NCBI GenBank assembly: GCA_963664225.1
Contig: OY760937.1
Span: 3,232,001 to 3,296,000 of the forward strand
Direction of reading: 5' to 3'
DNA from: Verrucomicrobiia bacterium
GTDB lineage: Bacteria; Verrucomicrobiota; Verrucomicrobiia; Limisphaerales; UBA1319
Length of the DNA stretch: 64,000 nt
Shown: piece by piece, positions 1 through 9,688 of the stretch
Layout of the letters: every line of letters begins with the position of its first letter
Position numbering within the stretch: the first letter of the stretch is position 1
Notes under the pieces: model-generated
Databases searched by the model: none
The model's input: only the letters and a program-made list of their open reading frames with translations
What the model was told of the DNA's origin: nothing
Program-made: the position numbers and the translations under genes

Positions 1-736
1 CTAACGCCTCATCGAAGAACCCGCTGTCGGCACGCACGCACCGAATCCACGTTCCCTCGGGCAACAGGGCCAATGCCTCCTGCAAAAACGGCACCACCCC
101 GCGCGCGGCTCCGGTGTTGCCGCTGCGCAACCATCCATGCAGGATAAACGGCGCTTCGGCCAGCACCGCCAGGAGCGGATGATGGCTCTTGCGCCCCTTG
201 CGGCGTGGATTGTACCCCTTGGCAGCCCCCTCCTGCGAACCCTCCCGGCAGAACACGGTCGAATCCAGATCCAACGAGAAGCCTGCCTTGGGGCAGGCCA
301 GCAGATTGAGCAGCCATCGCCAGAGCGGTCGCCAGAACGCTTCGATGTGGCCCTGGCCAAAGTGCAGGAAGAAGTTGCGGATGGTGTCATCGCCCGGGAA
401 ACGTTCCATCCCCAGCATGGCGTGCAGAACATGATCGGCACGCAGCCACTGACAGTGGGCAAAGCGGCGTGCTCCCGCCACCACAGATACGATAAAACTG
501 GTCAGCGTATGGGCTAGAGGAATGGCATTAGGTGAAGTGGGCGCGGCAAACGGCAAGCACCGCTGCACCGCCTGCGCATAGCCGATCTGACCCAAAAAGG
601 TTATGAATGAAGCCAGACCGCCGAAGGGGGTTATGGCCTTGGGAGTCTCATCCAGATAGAGCTTGGCTTGGCCGAAAAGAGCGCTAATTTCGACTGGGGT
701 CGTTTTGTGCGAGTCTGAAGCGGGCTTGTTTAGCAT
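1..736 (-). CDS. IS1380-family DDE transposase, N-terminal part (runs off the left edge of the window)
   Basis: Manual translation from ATG 736 gives MLNKPASDS...TPFGGLA...LDLDSTVF...GAAKGYNPRRKGRKSHHPLLA...LRSGN...VRADSGFF, which are IS1380 (DDE_Tnp_1_4) motifs. There is no stop in the window, so the ORF track omits it. Confidence 0.88.
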   Translation of the reverse strand, partial: MLNKPASDSHKTTPVEISALFGQAKLYLDETPKAITPFGGLASFITFLGQIGYAQAVQRCLPFAAPTSPNAIPLAHTLTSFIVSVVAGARRFAHCQWLRADHVLHAMLGMERFPGDDTIRNFFLHFGQGHIEAFWRPLWRWLLNLLACPKAGFSLDLDSTVFCREGSQEGAAKGYNPRRKGRKSHHPLLAVLAEAPFILHGWLRSGNTGAARGVVPFLQEALALLPEGTWIRCVRADSGFFDEAL

Positions 737-797
737 CAAACCCTATTGCCTCAGAAGGTTGCGCATTGCGACCTCTTTTTCTATCTCGGAGTTCGGG
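1..797 (-). mobile_element. IS1380-family insertion sequence, left end probably at about 797
   Basis: The transposase plus a putative terminus (CCCGAACTCCGAGATAG on the minus strand) followed by AT-rich TTAA. The partner end lies outside the window. Confidence 0.6.
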
Positions 798-1006
798 TTA
801 AAACAACCTCTGAATCTCAAATGATGCCTCACAACGACGCTCCTTATCCCGTCCCATCCTGCAATCCTGTCCTTTTTATCTTCTTCGCGCCTTTGTCTGA
901 ATCGGTTCATATTCACGATCCCGTATATTTCCATTGCCAGAATTAGACGGCGGAGCATGATGTGAATACGCATTGTTCGCCGGGAGTCAATGACTCAGGA
1001 GTTATT

Positions 1007-1687
1007 ATGAAATATTCCATCCACATGGCGGTCGTTTTGTTGCTGGCAATGTCCGCATGGACGCACGGGCAAAATCAAATCGTTATCAGAATGCCAAAAG
1101 CTCCGGTCGATCAGGTGTTTGCATTCTATCGAGATTTTAACACGAACACCGCCTTGGTCCTTTCTTCGCAATGGGCCGGAAAGCCTCCCAAAACGGTTAC
1201 TCTGGTGACCGATAAACCGGTCGAGCGGGCGAGCGCCACCCGGTTGGTTGAGGACGCATTGGAAAAGCAGCACGGCATTAAGTTCCGCCACGTCAGTCTG
1301 GAGGAGGCACTGGCCTTGGACATGATCGCTCTGAGTGGAAAGGACACGGTTCTGGCCGTGTCGCTGCCCCCGTTTCCGAAACATTCATCGGCTGACGCAA
1401 GCAATGAAGTCCGCTCCATTTCTTTTTCCCGCGCATCCCTGGAGCAGGTCGGTAATTTCTACGAAACCCTATCTGGCACACGGGTGATTTATGACGAGTA
1501 TTTAGCCCCACACAATGGATCCATGGTAATCGATCTGAAGGTCACTGGCCCCATGACGAAGGAGACCGCTCGGAAGCTCCTGGATATGACTCTGGCCATG
1601 CAAGCCGCCATCAAGGTGAGTCACGATCAGTCCGGCCAAACGCTATGGTCATGGGATGTGCTTTGCCGCGCGCCGAAGGCAAAATGA
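1007..1687 (+). CDS. Exported protein with two tandem domains resembling the secretin (GspD) N0 domain; paralog 1
   Basis: SD caggag before ATG 1007, an N-terminal signal peptide, and internal repeats such as 'ISFSRASLEQVGNFYETLSGTRVIYD...GPMTKETARKLLD'. Close paralog at 2322. Confidence 0.7.
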   Translation: MKYSIHMAVVLLLAMSAWTHGQNQIVIRMPKAPVDQVFAFYRDFNTNTALVLSSQWAGKPPKTVTLVTDKPVERASATRLVEDALEKQHGIKFRHVSLEEALALDMIALSGKDTVLAVSLPPFPKHSSADASNEVRSISFSRASLEQVGNFYETLSGTRVIYDEYLAPHNGSMVIDLKVTGPMTKETARKLLDMTLAMQAAIKVSHDQSGQTLWSWDVLCRAPKAK

Positions 1688-2031
1688 TTCCCAGTGAACC
1701 TGTGAAAGTCCTTATCGTCTGCGCTCAAAATAAGATTCGGAGCGTCACCGCCGAGAAGATGTTTTCGGGCTCGCCGCATTATCAAGTCCGGTCGCGCGGC
1801 GTCTCCAGGAACGCGCGTGTGAAGCTGACCGCAGGAGATATCGGCTGGGCGGATATCATTTTCGTGATGGAGAAGGATCATAAGACCAGGATCGTGAACG
1901 ATTTCAGGGAAGAGGTGGTTGGCAAAAAGATCGTTTGTCTGTTCATCGAGGACATTTACGTGCCCATGGAAAACGCGTTGATCGAGGAGTTGCGATGCAA
2001 GCTCGCGCCTTATCTTCAGGTGCCTGAATGA
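1684..2031 (+). CDS. Low-molecular-weight protein-tyrosine-phosphatase-like protein
   Basis: P-loop VLIVCAQNKIRS (CX5RS) and WADIIFVME. ATGA overlap with the upstream stop. Confidence 0.85.
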   Translation: MIPSEPVKVLIVCAQNKIRSVTAEKMFSGSPHYQVRSRGVSRNARVKLTAGDIGWADIIFVMEKDHKTRIVNDFREEVVGKKIVCLFIEDIYVPMENALIEELRCKLAPYLQVPE

Positions 2032-2321
2032 CGGAAAGCTATCACGGAACCGATTCTCACGCGAAGACACGCAGGGGATAAAAAGGACAGGATGACAGGA
2101 TGGGAACAGGATAGGAGGTCCATCCGCAGATGAACGCGGATTAGCGCACAGACGAAACCGCGATCGAATGCGAAATCGTCGGCTTCGCGTGATACAAAAT
2201 CATTTCCTTCGAGCAAATCGCTCAAACCCGTGATCTTCGATATTTCCATTGCCAGAAGTGGATGACGGTGCAGTATGTGAACACACATTGTTCGCCGGGA
2301 ATCAAAGTCTCAGGAGTTATT

Positions 2322-3014
2322 ATGAAGTATTCGATCCATATTGCGGTCATTTTGTTGTTGGCATCGTCCGCGTGTGCAAAGAGGGACGTTCAAATGTCCA
2401 TCCGATTCCCAAATACTCCCGTCGATCAGGTGTTTGCATTCTATCGAGACTGCAACCCGAACACCGTCCTGGTCCTTTCGTCGCAATGCGCCACAATGGA
2501 GAAAAAAACCGTTAATATAATGCCCGACAAGCCGATGGACCGTTCCAGCGTTATCCGGTTGATCGAGGACGAATTGGATAAGCAGCATGGCATTAAATTC
2601 CGCCACGTCAGCCTGAAGAAGGCACTGGCCTTGGATACAATCGATTTGGGAAGAAAGGAAACAGTTCTGATCGTATCTCTGCCCCCGCCTCCGAAACAAT
2701 CATCGGCTGGCATGAGCAATGAAGTCCGCTCCATAAGGTTCCCCTCCACTACTCTGACGGAGATCAAAAAATACTATGAAGGCCTATCGGGGACCACGGT
2801 GCTTAATCTGGGGAGTGGCATGCAACCGCTATCGATCATGCAGTTTAAGCTGAATGCCGATGGCCCCATGACGAAGGACACGGCTTTGAAGATACTGGAC
2901 ATCGCCCTGGCCGTGCAGTCGCGCATCAAGGTGAGTCACGATCAACCCGGCCAGACGGTGTGGTTGTGGAGTTACATCCCGCCACTCAAAGTAAAATGGT
3001 TCTTCTGGAATTAG
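2322..3014 (+). CDS. Exported protein with tandem secretin-N0-like domains; paralog 2
   Basis: SD caggag, a signal peptide, and long near-identical stretches with 1007-1687 (PVDQVFAFYRD, KQHGIKFRHVSL, SNEVRSI, GPMTK, IKVSHDQ). Confidence 0.7.
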   Translation: MKYSIHIAVILLLASSACAKRDVQMSIRFPNTPVDQVFAFYRDCNPNTVLVLSSQCATMEKKTVNIMPDKPMDRSSVIRLIEDELDKQHGIKFRHVSLKKALALDTIDLGRKETVLIVSLPPPPKQSSAGMSNEVRSIRFPSTTLTEIKKYYEGLSGTTVLNLGSGMQPLSIMQFKLNADGPMTKDTALKILDIALAVQSRIKVSHDQPGQTVWLWSYIPPLKVKWFFWN

Positions 3015-3168
3015 CGGGGGGGGGTATTTTGCAGTCAATCGAGGGCAAATGGGGAAAGAACCAATGAGAATGGGATTTCCGACAGCAGGGGCGTGAGTGC
3101 TGGGGCGCAGAGCTCGCAGCCCTGCCCATTTAATTTCGTTTTGATAAACCAGTGGTTGCGGCATGGCC

Positions 3169-3573
3169 TTAAATGACCGGCAACAAATTGACCCATTTGG
3201 GATGGAGCGCGGCGAAGGCGGCGTCCAGCGTGGCCACTTTGCCGCCGCGACGGCGGGCCAGTTCCGCCAGCCAGGCATCCGTGATCTGCCTGGGTCCGGT
3301 AAGCAAATGGTGCGGAACATCAAGATAGTTGAAACCATCGTCCCAGAAATGGTGTTTGGGGTGGTTGACAACCGCCTTGAGAGTGGCCCAGGCCGCCTGC
3401 GCCGAGCCGTCAACGGCCATTTGCATGTGCAATCGCAGGAGCGTGCCCTGGGTCACGGCGCAGGTTGCAAAAGGTGCCGACCTCCCGCCAAACCAGTTGC
3501 AGCAGCGTTCATGGTGAACATGATTTCTCAAAACCAGCGCGACCAGCACATTCCCATCCAATAGCTCAGTCAT
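3169..3573 (-). CDS. vapC: VapC-family PIN-domain toxin
   Basis: LLDGNVLVAL N-terminal PIN motif and QITDAWLAELA...ATLD. Overlaps the antitoxin stop. Confidence 0.9.
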   Translation of the reverse strand: MTELLDGNVLVALVLRNHVHHERCCNWFGGRSAPFATCAVTQGTLLRLHMQMAVDGSAQAAWATLKAVVNHPKHHFWDDGFNYLDVPHHLLTGPRQITDAWLAELARRRGGKVATLDAAFAALHPKWVNLLPVI

Positions 3574-3824
3574 GATTTCCAGTGGCGCAGGGTTTCCGCT
3601 TCTTCAGCCTGGGCAACGTCTTCATCGGTAACCTTCTGTTTGCAGTCCACCACCGGGAGTCCCGTCCTGGAACTCCGTTTGCCACCCGTGCCGGGTCCGC
3701 TGCGGGCTTCATTAACCCGATGCAGCAACTTGTTCACGGCGGCGCTGATGGAGCAATCCTCGGCAATGGCCAGCGACTTGGCCATCCGGTGCAGGTCATC
3801 ATCCAGATTGATCGTCAGTCTCAT
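3570..3824 (-). CDS. VapB-like ribbon-helix-helix antitoxin
   Basis: MRLTINLDDDLHRMAKSLA...SISAAVNKLL; lies upstream of and overlaps the PIN gene. TTGACA (3854-3859, minus strand) lies upstream. Confidence 0.85.
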   Translation of the reverse strand: MRLTINLDDDLHRMAKSLAIAEDCSISAAVNKLLHRVNEARSGPGTGGKRSSRTGLPVVDCKQKVTDEDVAQAEEAETLRHWKS

Positions 3825-3895
3825 GGGGATAATATGGTGCGTTGGTGCGTTGGTGTCAATGTGGAGACAGGGAACGGGTGGGTCCATTCCGATTT

Positions 3896-4105
3896 GGGTG
3901 CATGACAGAATTTCTCGATAAAAAAAGAACTCTTGATGAACCCCCTCTCTCCGGCTCTCTCCCCCCTCGTGCCAATTCAGGTTTTGGGGCGAGAGTGACG
4001 AATCGCGCGATCGGTATTTTGGACAGGCTGTGTTCATTCGCCCCAAGCACTTCCATGTCGTTTTTAACGCCTCTTTCCATTCCTGAAGAATTTTGTCCTG
4101 CCCCT
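3896..4105 (-). mobile_element. MITE-like element, copy A (~210 bp)
   Basis: Left TIR gggtgcatgacagaatt and right TIR aattttgtcctgcccct. Flanks tccgattt / tccaattt resemble a decayed TSD. The right end matches the family leader (acaaaattcttcag on the minus strand). Confidence 0.7.
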
Positions 4106-4173
4106 CCAATTTTTCCTCCTCCAATTTGGCCATTGACGCCGCCGGTGGTTTCTGGGGATTTTAGTGCTGACTT

Positions 4174-5772
4174 ATGGCTAAAATGCAACGAGCGCTGCTT
4201 TCCGTATTTGATAAAACCGGATTGATCCCGTTCGCCCAGGCGCTGGCGGAAGAGGGCATCGAATTGATTTCCACCGGCGGCACGGCCAAGGCCCTGCGCG
4301 AGCACGGATTGACGTGCACGGACCTGAGCGATTACACCGGGTTCCCGGAGATGCTGGATGGACGTGTCAAGACGTTGCATCCCAAGGTTCACGGCGGCCT
4401 GCTGTTCATCCGCAACAATCCGTCCCACGAGGCGGCTGTGGCCAAACACGGCATCAAACCCATCGACCTGGTGGTGGTGAACTTGTATCCCTTTGAGCAA
4501 ACGGTTTCCAGGCCGGGCGTGACCCTGGCGGAGGCCATTGAGAATATTGACATCGGCGGCCCCTCGATGCTCCGCAGCGCCAGCAAGAATCATGAGAGCG
4601 TGACGGTGCTGATGGATCCGGCGGATTACCCCACCGTGCTGGCCCAGATCAAGGCCACGGGTAACACGACCCTCGAACTGCGCCGCAAACTCGCCGCGCG
4701 CGTTTTCGCCCGCACCTCGGCCTACGACGCCGCCATTGCGGCTCACTTGATCAAGGTGTTCGGTGCGCAAAGTGCCGTTCCCGCCGCCACCGCCCCAGAA
4801 GCCGTCGCGGTCAAGCCGGTCAGCGTGATGCCCGCCAGTCTGGTTCTGGATATTCCCCAGGCCCAGGAATTGCGTTACGGGGAAAATCCGCATCAAAAAG
4901 CGGCGCTCTACGGCAATTTCCAACAGTATTTCCAGCAGATCCACGGCAAGGAACTTTCTTACAACAACATCCTGGACCTGACGTCTGCCGCGCAGCTCAT
5001 TGCCGAGTTCACGGGCGAGTTGCCCACGCTGGCCATTCTCAAGCACACCAATCCCTGCGGCATGGGGCAGGGGCCCACGCTCAAGGACGCGTGGGACAAA
5101 GCCTTCGCCACGGATCGCCAGGCGCCCTTTGGCGGGATCATCGCGGTCAATCAGGTGCTCGACGGACCCTGTGCCGCCGTGATTGCCGAGATTTTCAGCG
5201 AGGTCATCATCGCTCCCGATTTCAGCACCGAGGCCCTGGACATTTTGCAGAAGAAGAAAAACCTGCGCCTCATCCGCATCATCAAGGATATCCGCACCTC
5301 CCGTCCCTTCGATCTGCGCAGCGTGGGCGCGGATTCGTATCTGATGCAGGAGCGGGATTTGAAGACCGTCAAGGAATCCGAGCTGACCGTCGTGACCCGG
5401 CGCGCGCCGACCGCCGCCGAACTGCGCGCGCTGCTCTTTGGCTGGCGCGTGGTCAAGCATGTCAAATCCAACGCCATCGTGTATGCGGCCGCGGACCGGA
5501 CGCTGGGCATTGGCGCGGGTCAGATGAGCCGGGTGGATTCCAGCCGCATCGCGGTGTGGAAGGCCGGTGAAGCCAAACTCTCGCTCAAGGGCAGCGTGAT
5601 TTGCAGCGACGCCTTTTTCCCATTCCCCGATGGTTTGATCGCCGCCGGAGAAGCGGGAGCCACGGCGGCCATTCAGCCCGGCGGTTCCAAGGGCGACAAG
5701 GATGTCATTGCCGCCGCCGACGCACGGGACATGGCCATGGTCTTTACCGGTTGCCGCCATTTCCGGCACTAA
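4174..5772 (+). CDS. purH: Bifunctional AICAR formyltransferase / IMP cyclohydrolase
   Basis: RALLSVFDKTG, GRVKTLHPKVHGG, IDIGGPSM, LRYGENPHQ, SDAFFPF, C-terminal RHFRH. Confidence 0.98.
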   Translation: MAKMQRALLSVFDKTGLIPFAQALAEEGIELISTGGTAKALREHGLTCTDLSDYTGFPEMLDGRVKTLHPKVHGGLLFIRNNPSHEAAVAKHGIKPIDLVVVNLYPFEQTVSRPGVTLAEAIENIDIGGPSMLRSASKNHESVTVLMDPADYPTVLAQIKATGNTTLELRRKLAARVFARTSAYDAAIAAHLIKVFGAQSAVPAATAPEAVAVKPVSVMPASLVLDIPQAQELRYGENPHQKAALYGNFQQYFQQIHGKELSYNNILDLTSAAQLIAEFTGELPTLAILKHTNPCGMGQGPTLKDAWDKAFATDRQAPFGGIIAVNQVLDGPCAAVIAEIFSEVIIAPDFSTEALDILQKKKNLRLIRIIKDIRTSRPFDLRSVGADSYLMQERDLKTVKESELTVVTRRAPTAAELRALLFGWRVVKHVKSNAIVYAAADRTLGIGAGQMSRVDSSRIAVWKAGEAKLSLKGSVICSDAFFPFPDGLIAAGEAGATAAIQPGGSKGDKDVIAAADARDMAMVFTGCRHFRH

Positions 5773-5798
5773 TACAACCAAAGCCGCTTTCGAAATAC

Positions 5799-5878
5799 CG
5801 GTAGGGCGAGGCTCCCGCCGAGCCATCATATTATGTCGGCTTGTCGAAGAAAGGCTCGGCGGGAGCCTCGCCCTACCG
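5799..5878. repeat. GTAG-type REP doublet (REPIN-like), perfect 26-bp inverted repeat
   Basis: cggtagggcgaggctcccgccgagcc (5799-5824) and ggctcggcgggagcctcgccctaccg (5853-5878). Confidence 0.85.
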
Positions 5879-6002
5879 TGCTCATGCGCCGATAACAGGC
5901 GGGTGCGGATGAGTCCGTCGCGTGCTTTTCGCGTTGCAGGCCCCGCGTCCACTTGCGGCTTGTATAAATGGCTTCAATGTATTATTCTCCAAGGCAGGAT
6001 AT

Positions 6003-7175
6003 ATGAATTACAGCATTTCGCACCGCTCGGCGGCGCTTTCACCTTCATTGACACTGGCCATCGATGCAAAGGCCAAGCAGATGAAGGCCGATGGTTTGGA
6101 TGTGGTCGGCTTTGGCGCCGGCGAACCTGATTTTGAAACCCCGCAACACATCAAGGACGCGGCGGCGGCGGCTTTGGCCGCAGGATTCACCCGTTACACG
6201 CCCAGCAGCGGAATACCGGAGCTGCGCCAGGCCGTGGTGGACAAGTTAAAGCGGGATAACGGCCTGACTTACAAAGCCTCCCAGGTGATCATTTCCTGCG
6301 GCGGCAAGCATTCCTGTTACAACACGATCCTGGCCACCTGCGAGGAAGGGGACGAGGTCATCATTCCATCCCCCTACTGGCTGAGTTATCCGGAGATGGT
6401 GAAGCTGGCCGGGGCCACCCCGGTGATTGTGCCCACCACCGACAAGACGGAGTTCAAGGTCACGCCGGACCAGCTCCGCGCGGCGATCACGCCCCGGACG
6501 AAGCTCTTCATTTTCAATTCACCCAGCAACCCCACCGGCTCGCTCTATTCCGCCGCGGAAGCCAGGGCGCTGGGGGATGTCTGTGTCGAAAAAGGCATCT
6601 ACATCATGAGCGACGAGATCTACGAGAAGCTCGTCTATGATGGAGCCACGCATACCAGCATGGGCTCGTTTTCGCAGGCGCATTTCGAGCACACCATTCT
6701 GGTGCATGGCCTGGCGAAGGCTTACGCCATGACCGGCTGGCGCCTGGGTTACCTGGCCGCGCCGGAGCCGATCGCCAAAGCCATCGACGCCATTCAGAGT
6801 CACAGCACGAGCAATCCCTGCTCCTTCGCGCAAAAAGGCGGCGTGGCCGCGCTCAACGGTCCGCAGGATCACATGCCCGTGTGGCTCGCCGAGTATTCGC
6901 GCCGGCGCAGTTACACCCACAAGCGGCTCAACACCATTCCCGGCATCAGTTGCGTGAATGCCAAGGGCGCGTTCTATCTGTTTCCGAACATTTCCAAACT
7001 GGGGCTTTCATCGACCGAATTTTGCGCAAAATTGCTCGAGCAGGAGAAGGTGGCCGCCGTTCCCGGTATTGCGTTTGGCGCGGATGAATACCTGCGTCTC
7101 AGCTACGCGACGAGCATGGCGAACATCGAAAAAGGCCTGGACCGCCTCGAAAAATTCGCGCGCGCGCTGGCCTGA
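6003..7175 (+). CDS. PLP-dependent class I/II (aspartate) aminotransferase
   Basis: GEPDF, NSPSNPTG, SDEIYE, KAYAMTGWRLGY; ATG 6003 follows gcagga. Confidence 0.95.
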   Translation: MNYSISHRSAALSPSLTLAIDAKAKQMKADGLDVVGFGAGEPDFETPQHIKDAAAAALAAGFTRYTPSSGIPELRQAVVDKLKRDNGLTYKASQVIISCGGKHSCYNTILATCEEGDEVIIPSPYWLSYPEMVKLAGATPVIVPTTDKTEFKVTPDQLRAAITPRTKLFIFNSPSNPTGSLYSAAEARALGDVCVEKGIYIMSDEIYEKLVYDGATHTSMGSFSQAHFEHTILVHGLAKAYAMTGWRLGYLAAPEPIAKAIDAIQSHSTSNPCSFAQKGGVAALNGPQDHMPVWLAEYSRRRSYTHKRLNTIPGISCVNAKGAFYLFPNISKLGLSSTEFCAKLLEQEKVAAVPGIAFGADEYLRLSYATSMANIEKGLDRLEKFARALA

Positions 7176-7199
7176 CCGAAGGCTTGACCGTCCGGCGAT

Positions 7200-8222
7200 T
7201 TACAGCGCCCAACTCGGGAGGACCTCCGCGTCCAACGGGGTGGGCGCTTCGCCTTTCAAACATTTGCGCTCCGCCAGGACGCCGATCATCGCCGCGTTAT
7301 CCGTGCAGAAACTCCCCGAGGCCAGACGCAATTTGATACCCTCCTTGCGGCAGGCGAGATCCAGATCCGCACGAAGACTGCGGTTGCAGGAAACCCCGCC
7401 GGACACCGTGACGCACCCGACCTTTAAACGGCGCGCGGCCTGGAGGGTTTTGGCCACGAGGGTATCCACAATCGCAGCCTGCGCGCTGGCGCACAAGTCG
7501 AAGAGACGCGCGTGATCCTCCATGATCTCCGGGTGATCCCGGAGAAAATAGCGCACCGAGGTCTTCAATCCGCTGAAGCTGAAATCATCCTTGCCATCAC
7601 GAATCATGGGGCGCGGGAAATCATACGCATCGCGGTTTCCCTTTGCGGCCAAACGATCCATTTGCGGCCCGCCGGGATAGGGCAGGCCGATCATTTTCGC
7701 GATTTTATCGAAGCACTCGCCTGCCGCATCGTCCACCGTCGATCCCAGCACCAAATGGTCCAGTTCGGCCCGAACATGCACGAGGAGCGTGTGTCCGCCG
7801 CTGACAATCAGGGAAACGGAGGGTTCGAATGCGGAGAAATCCGAGTGCGGTGGATCGCCGGTGATCCAGGCCGAATAAAGATGCGCTTCGTGGTGATTGA
7901 CGCCGAAGAGCGGTTTATTCAGGACGAAAGCCATGGATTGCGCGGCCTTGAACCCGGTCATCAGCGCATTGGGCAGACCCGGCCCGCGCGTGACCGCAAT
8001 GGCGTCGAGGTCCTCCACGGAGGTGTCTGCGGATTTGAGCGCCGCCCGGGCCACGGGCATGAGGTTGCGCAGATGCTCCCGCGCCGCCAGTTCTGGAACC
8101 ACCCCTCCGTATTCCGCGTGAAGGGCGATTTGGGACGAGATCACGTTCGAGACGACCCACCCGTCCCGGATCACTGCGGCGCTGGTTTCGTCACACGATG
8201 TTTCCAGGGCCAGCAGCCTCAT
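7200..8222 (-). CDS. tsaD: tRNA N6-adenosine threonylcarbamoyltransferase
   Basis: ETSCDETS, GGVVPELAAREH, HHEAH, VSGGHT, DDAAGECFDK, FSFSGLKT, CTDNAAMI. Confidence 0.97.
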   Translation of the reverse strand: MRLLALETSCDETSAAVIRDGWVVSNVISSQIALHAEYGGVVPELAAREHLRNLMPVARAALKSADTSVEDLDAIAVTRGPGLPNALMTGFKAAQSMAFVLNKPLFGVNHHEAHLYSAWITGDPPHSDFSAFEPSVSLIVSGGHTLLVHVRAELDHLVLGSTVDDAAGECFDKIAKMIGLPYPGGPQMDRLAAKGNRDAYDFPRPMIRDGKDDFSFSGLKTSVRYFLRDHPEIMEDHARLFDLCASAQAAIVDTLVAKTLQAARRLKVGCVTVSGGVSCNRSLRADLDLACRKEGIKLRLASGSFCTDNAAMIGVLAERKCLKGEAPTPLDAEVLPSWAL

Positions 8223-9550
8223 TTGGAGGCCACTTTTTTGGTCATGCCCGTCGAGCGTTCGGAGTAGATCAAAATGCCCTTGAGCAATTCCTCGGCCCGG
8301 TCCAGTTGGACATCGCGGAGCTCGCGCACCGCCGCGCGCCGTTTATCGTCGAATCCCTCGTAAGCATCCACGCCGCCGGGCAGCCGCTTGATGATCAACG
8401 CCTCTTCGTCCTCGGGCGTAATGGGAATCTCGATATCCGGCGTGATGCCGCGTTCATGAATGACGCGATGGCTCGGGGTGTAATACTTCGCCGTGGTCAA
8501 CCGCAGGGCCGAACCATCGGGCATGGGCAGGATGCTTTGCACCGAACCTTTGCCAAAGGATTGTTCGCCCACGATGATGGCGCGCTGGGGCTTCACGTCC
8601 TGAAGGCAGCCGGCCACGATTTCCGAGGCGCTGGCGCTGCCGCCATTGACCAATACCACCATCGCCAGGGAGGCGGCCGGGTAATCCCCATTGCTCCGGG
8701 CGCGATATTCGGATTTGCGGGGCGCCATGCGGCCCTCAGTGGTCACCACCAGTTCGCCCCGCGGCAGGAAAAATTCGCACACCTTGACCGCCTGATCGAG
8801 CAGGCCGCCCGGGTTGTTCCGCAGGTCCAGCACCAATCCCCGCATTCCGTGGGCCTGGAGCTTCTTCAGCGCGGCCTCCAATTCGGTCGCGGTCGGCTCG
8901 TTGAACTGGGTCAGCCGGATATAGCCGATTTTATTTTCGTCCACCGGGAATTCGCGTCTCCCGTTGATGTCCTTGACGGTATCCACCTTGATGACCGCCC
9001 GGTTTAATTTGTAATCCTTGGTGACACCCGAGCTGGGCCGGAAAATCGAGATCGTGACCTCGGTGCCCGGTTCACCGCGCAATTTCTTGACCACATCCTG
9101 CATCGATAGTTTCTCTGTGCTTTTGCCTTCGATCTTGACCAGCCGGTCCCCGGATAGAATTCCCGCATTGAAGGCGGGGGTCTCATCCATGGGCGTGATG
9201 ACGGTCAGGAAACCATCCCGCAAACCAATCTGAATGCCCACGCCGCCGAAAGCGCCTTCGGTGTCTTTCTTCAACTCGTCGAATTTCACCGGCTCCATGA
9301 ATTCGCTGTGCGGATCCAGCGTGCTGATCATTCCCCGCAGCGCGCCGTAAATCAGGTCCTGGTAGCTCGTCTTGTCTCCGTCCACATAATCGTCGCGCAC
9401 GCGTTCCAATACGCGTGTAAACAGCTCCAGATTATCGTAAACGGCATTTTTGTCCGCCGCCTGGGCCGAGCCATAATAGAGATGCGCGCCCCAGAACAGG
9501 TTCAGCCCGAGGACCGTCATGACGACGACGTAAAGAATTCGTTTTTTCAT
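8219..9550 (-). CDS. ctpA: S41 carboxy-terminal processing protease (PDZ + S41)
   Basis: LDPHS, LDLRNNPGGLL, SASASEIVAG, GEQSFGKGSVQ, GITPD; N-terminal signal or anchor. Confidence 0.93.
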   Translation of the reverse strand: MKKRILYVVVMTVLGLNLFWGAHLYYGSAQAADKNAVYDNLELFTRVLERVRDDYVDGDKTSYQDLIYGALRGMISTLDPHSEFMEPVKFDELKKDTEGAFGGVGIQIGLRDGFLTVITPMDETPAFNAGILSGDRLVKIEGKSTEKLSMQDVVKKLRGEPGTEVTISIFRPSSGVTKDYKLNRAVIKVDTVKDINGRREFPVDENKIGYIRLTQFNEPTATELEAALKKLQAHGMRGLVLDLRNNPGGLLDQAVKVCEFFLPRGELVVTTEGRMAPRKSEYRARSNGDYPAASLAMVVLVNGGSASASEIVAGCLQDVKPQRAIIVGEQSFGKGSVQSILPMPDGSALRLTTAKYYTPSHRVIHERGITPDIEIPITPEDEEALIIKRLPGGVDAYEGFDDKRRAAVRELRDVQLDRAEELLKGILIYSERSTGMTKKVASK

Positions 9551-9632
9551 ACCACTTCCGTCGCAGCCCATTGAGCCATATCTCAAGGCTGCCACCGCGC
9601 GAAACCCTATTGCGATCCCGCACTCTTCCCTG

Positions 9633-9661
9633 ACATTAAAGGCCCCCCTTCAGTTATTCAA
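9633..9661 (-). promoter_or_regulatory. Putative sigma70 promoter of ctpA-tsaD
   Basis: TTGAAT-N17-TAATGT on the minus strand. Confidence 0.55.
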
Positions 9662-9688
9662 GGGCAGGATTCGTTCCGCGCGCTGAAA

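Larger units (their letters stand above)
841..2116. repeat. Imperfect ~69-bp inverted repeat pair (841-908 / 2047-2116)
   Basis: tccttatcccgtcccatcctgcaatcctgtcctttttatc...gaatcggttc matches the reverse complement of gaaccgattc...gataaaaaggacaggatgacaggatgggaacaggatagga. Confidence 0.75.

Noticed and set aside
1..517. ORF-track calls 1-462, 9-317, 137-517 and 189-434
   Set aside because: Alternative frames of the IS1380 transposase, whose true frame starts at 736 and leaves the window.
3856..5952. Long antisense ORFs (698 aa here; also 34096-35763, 41485-43251, 44629-46371, 52722-55226)
   Set aside because: Shadow frames opposite well-supported genes in GC-rich DNA, with no recognisable motifs.
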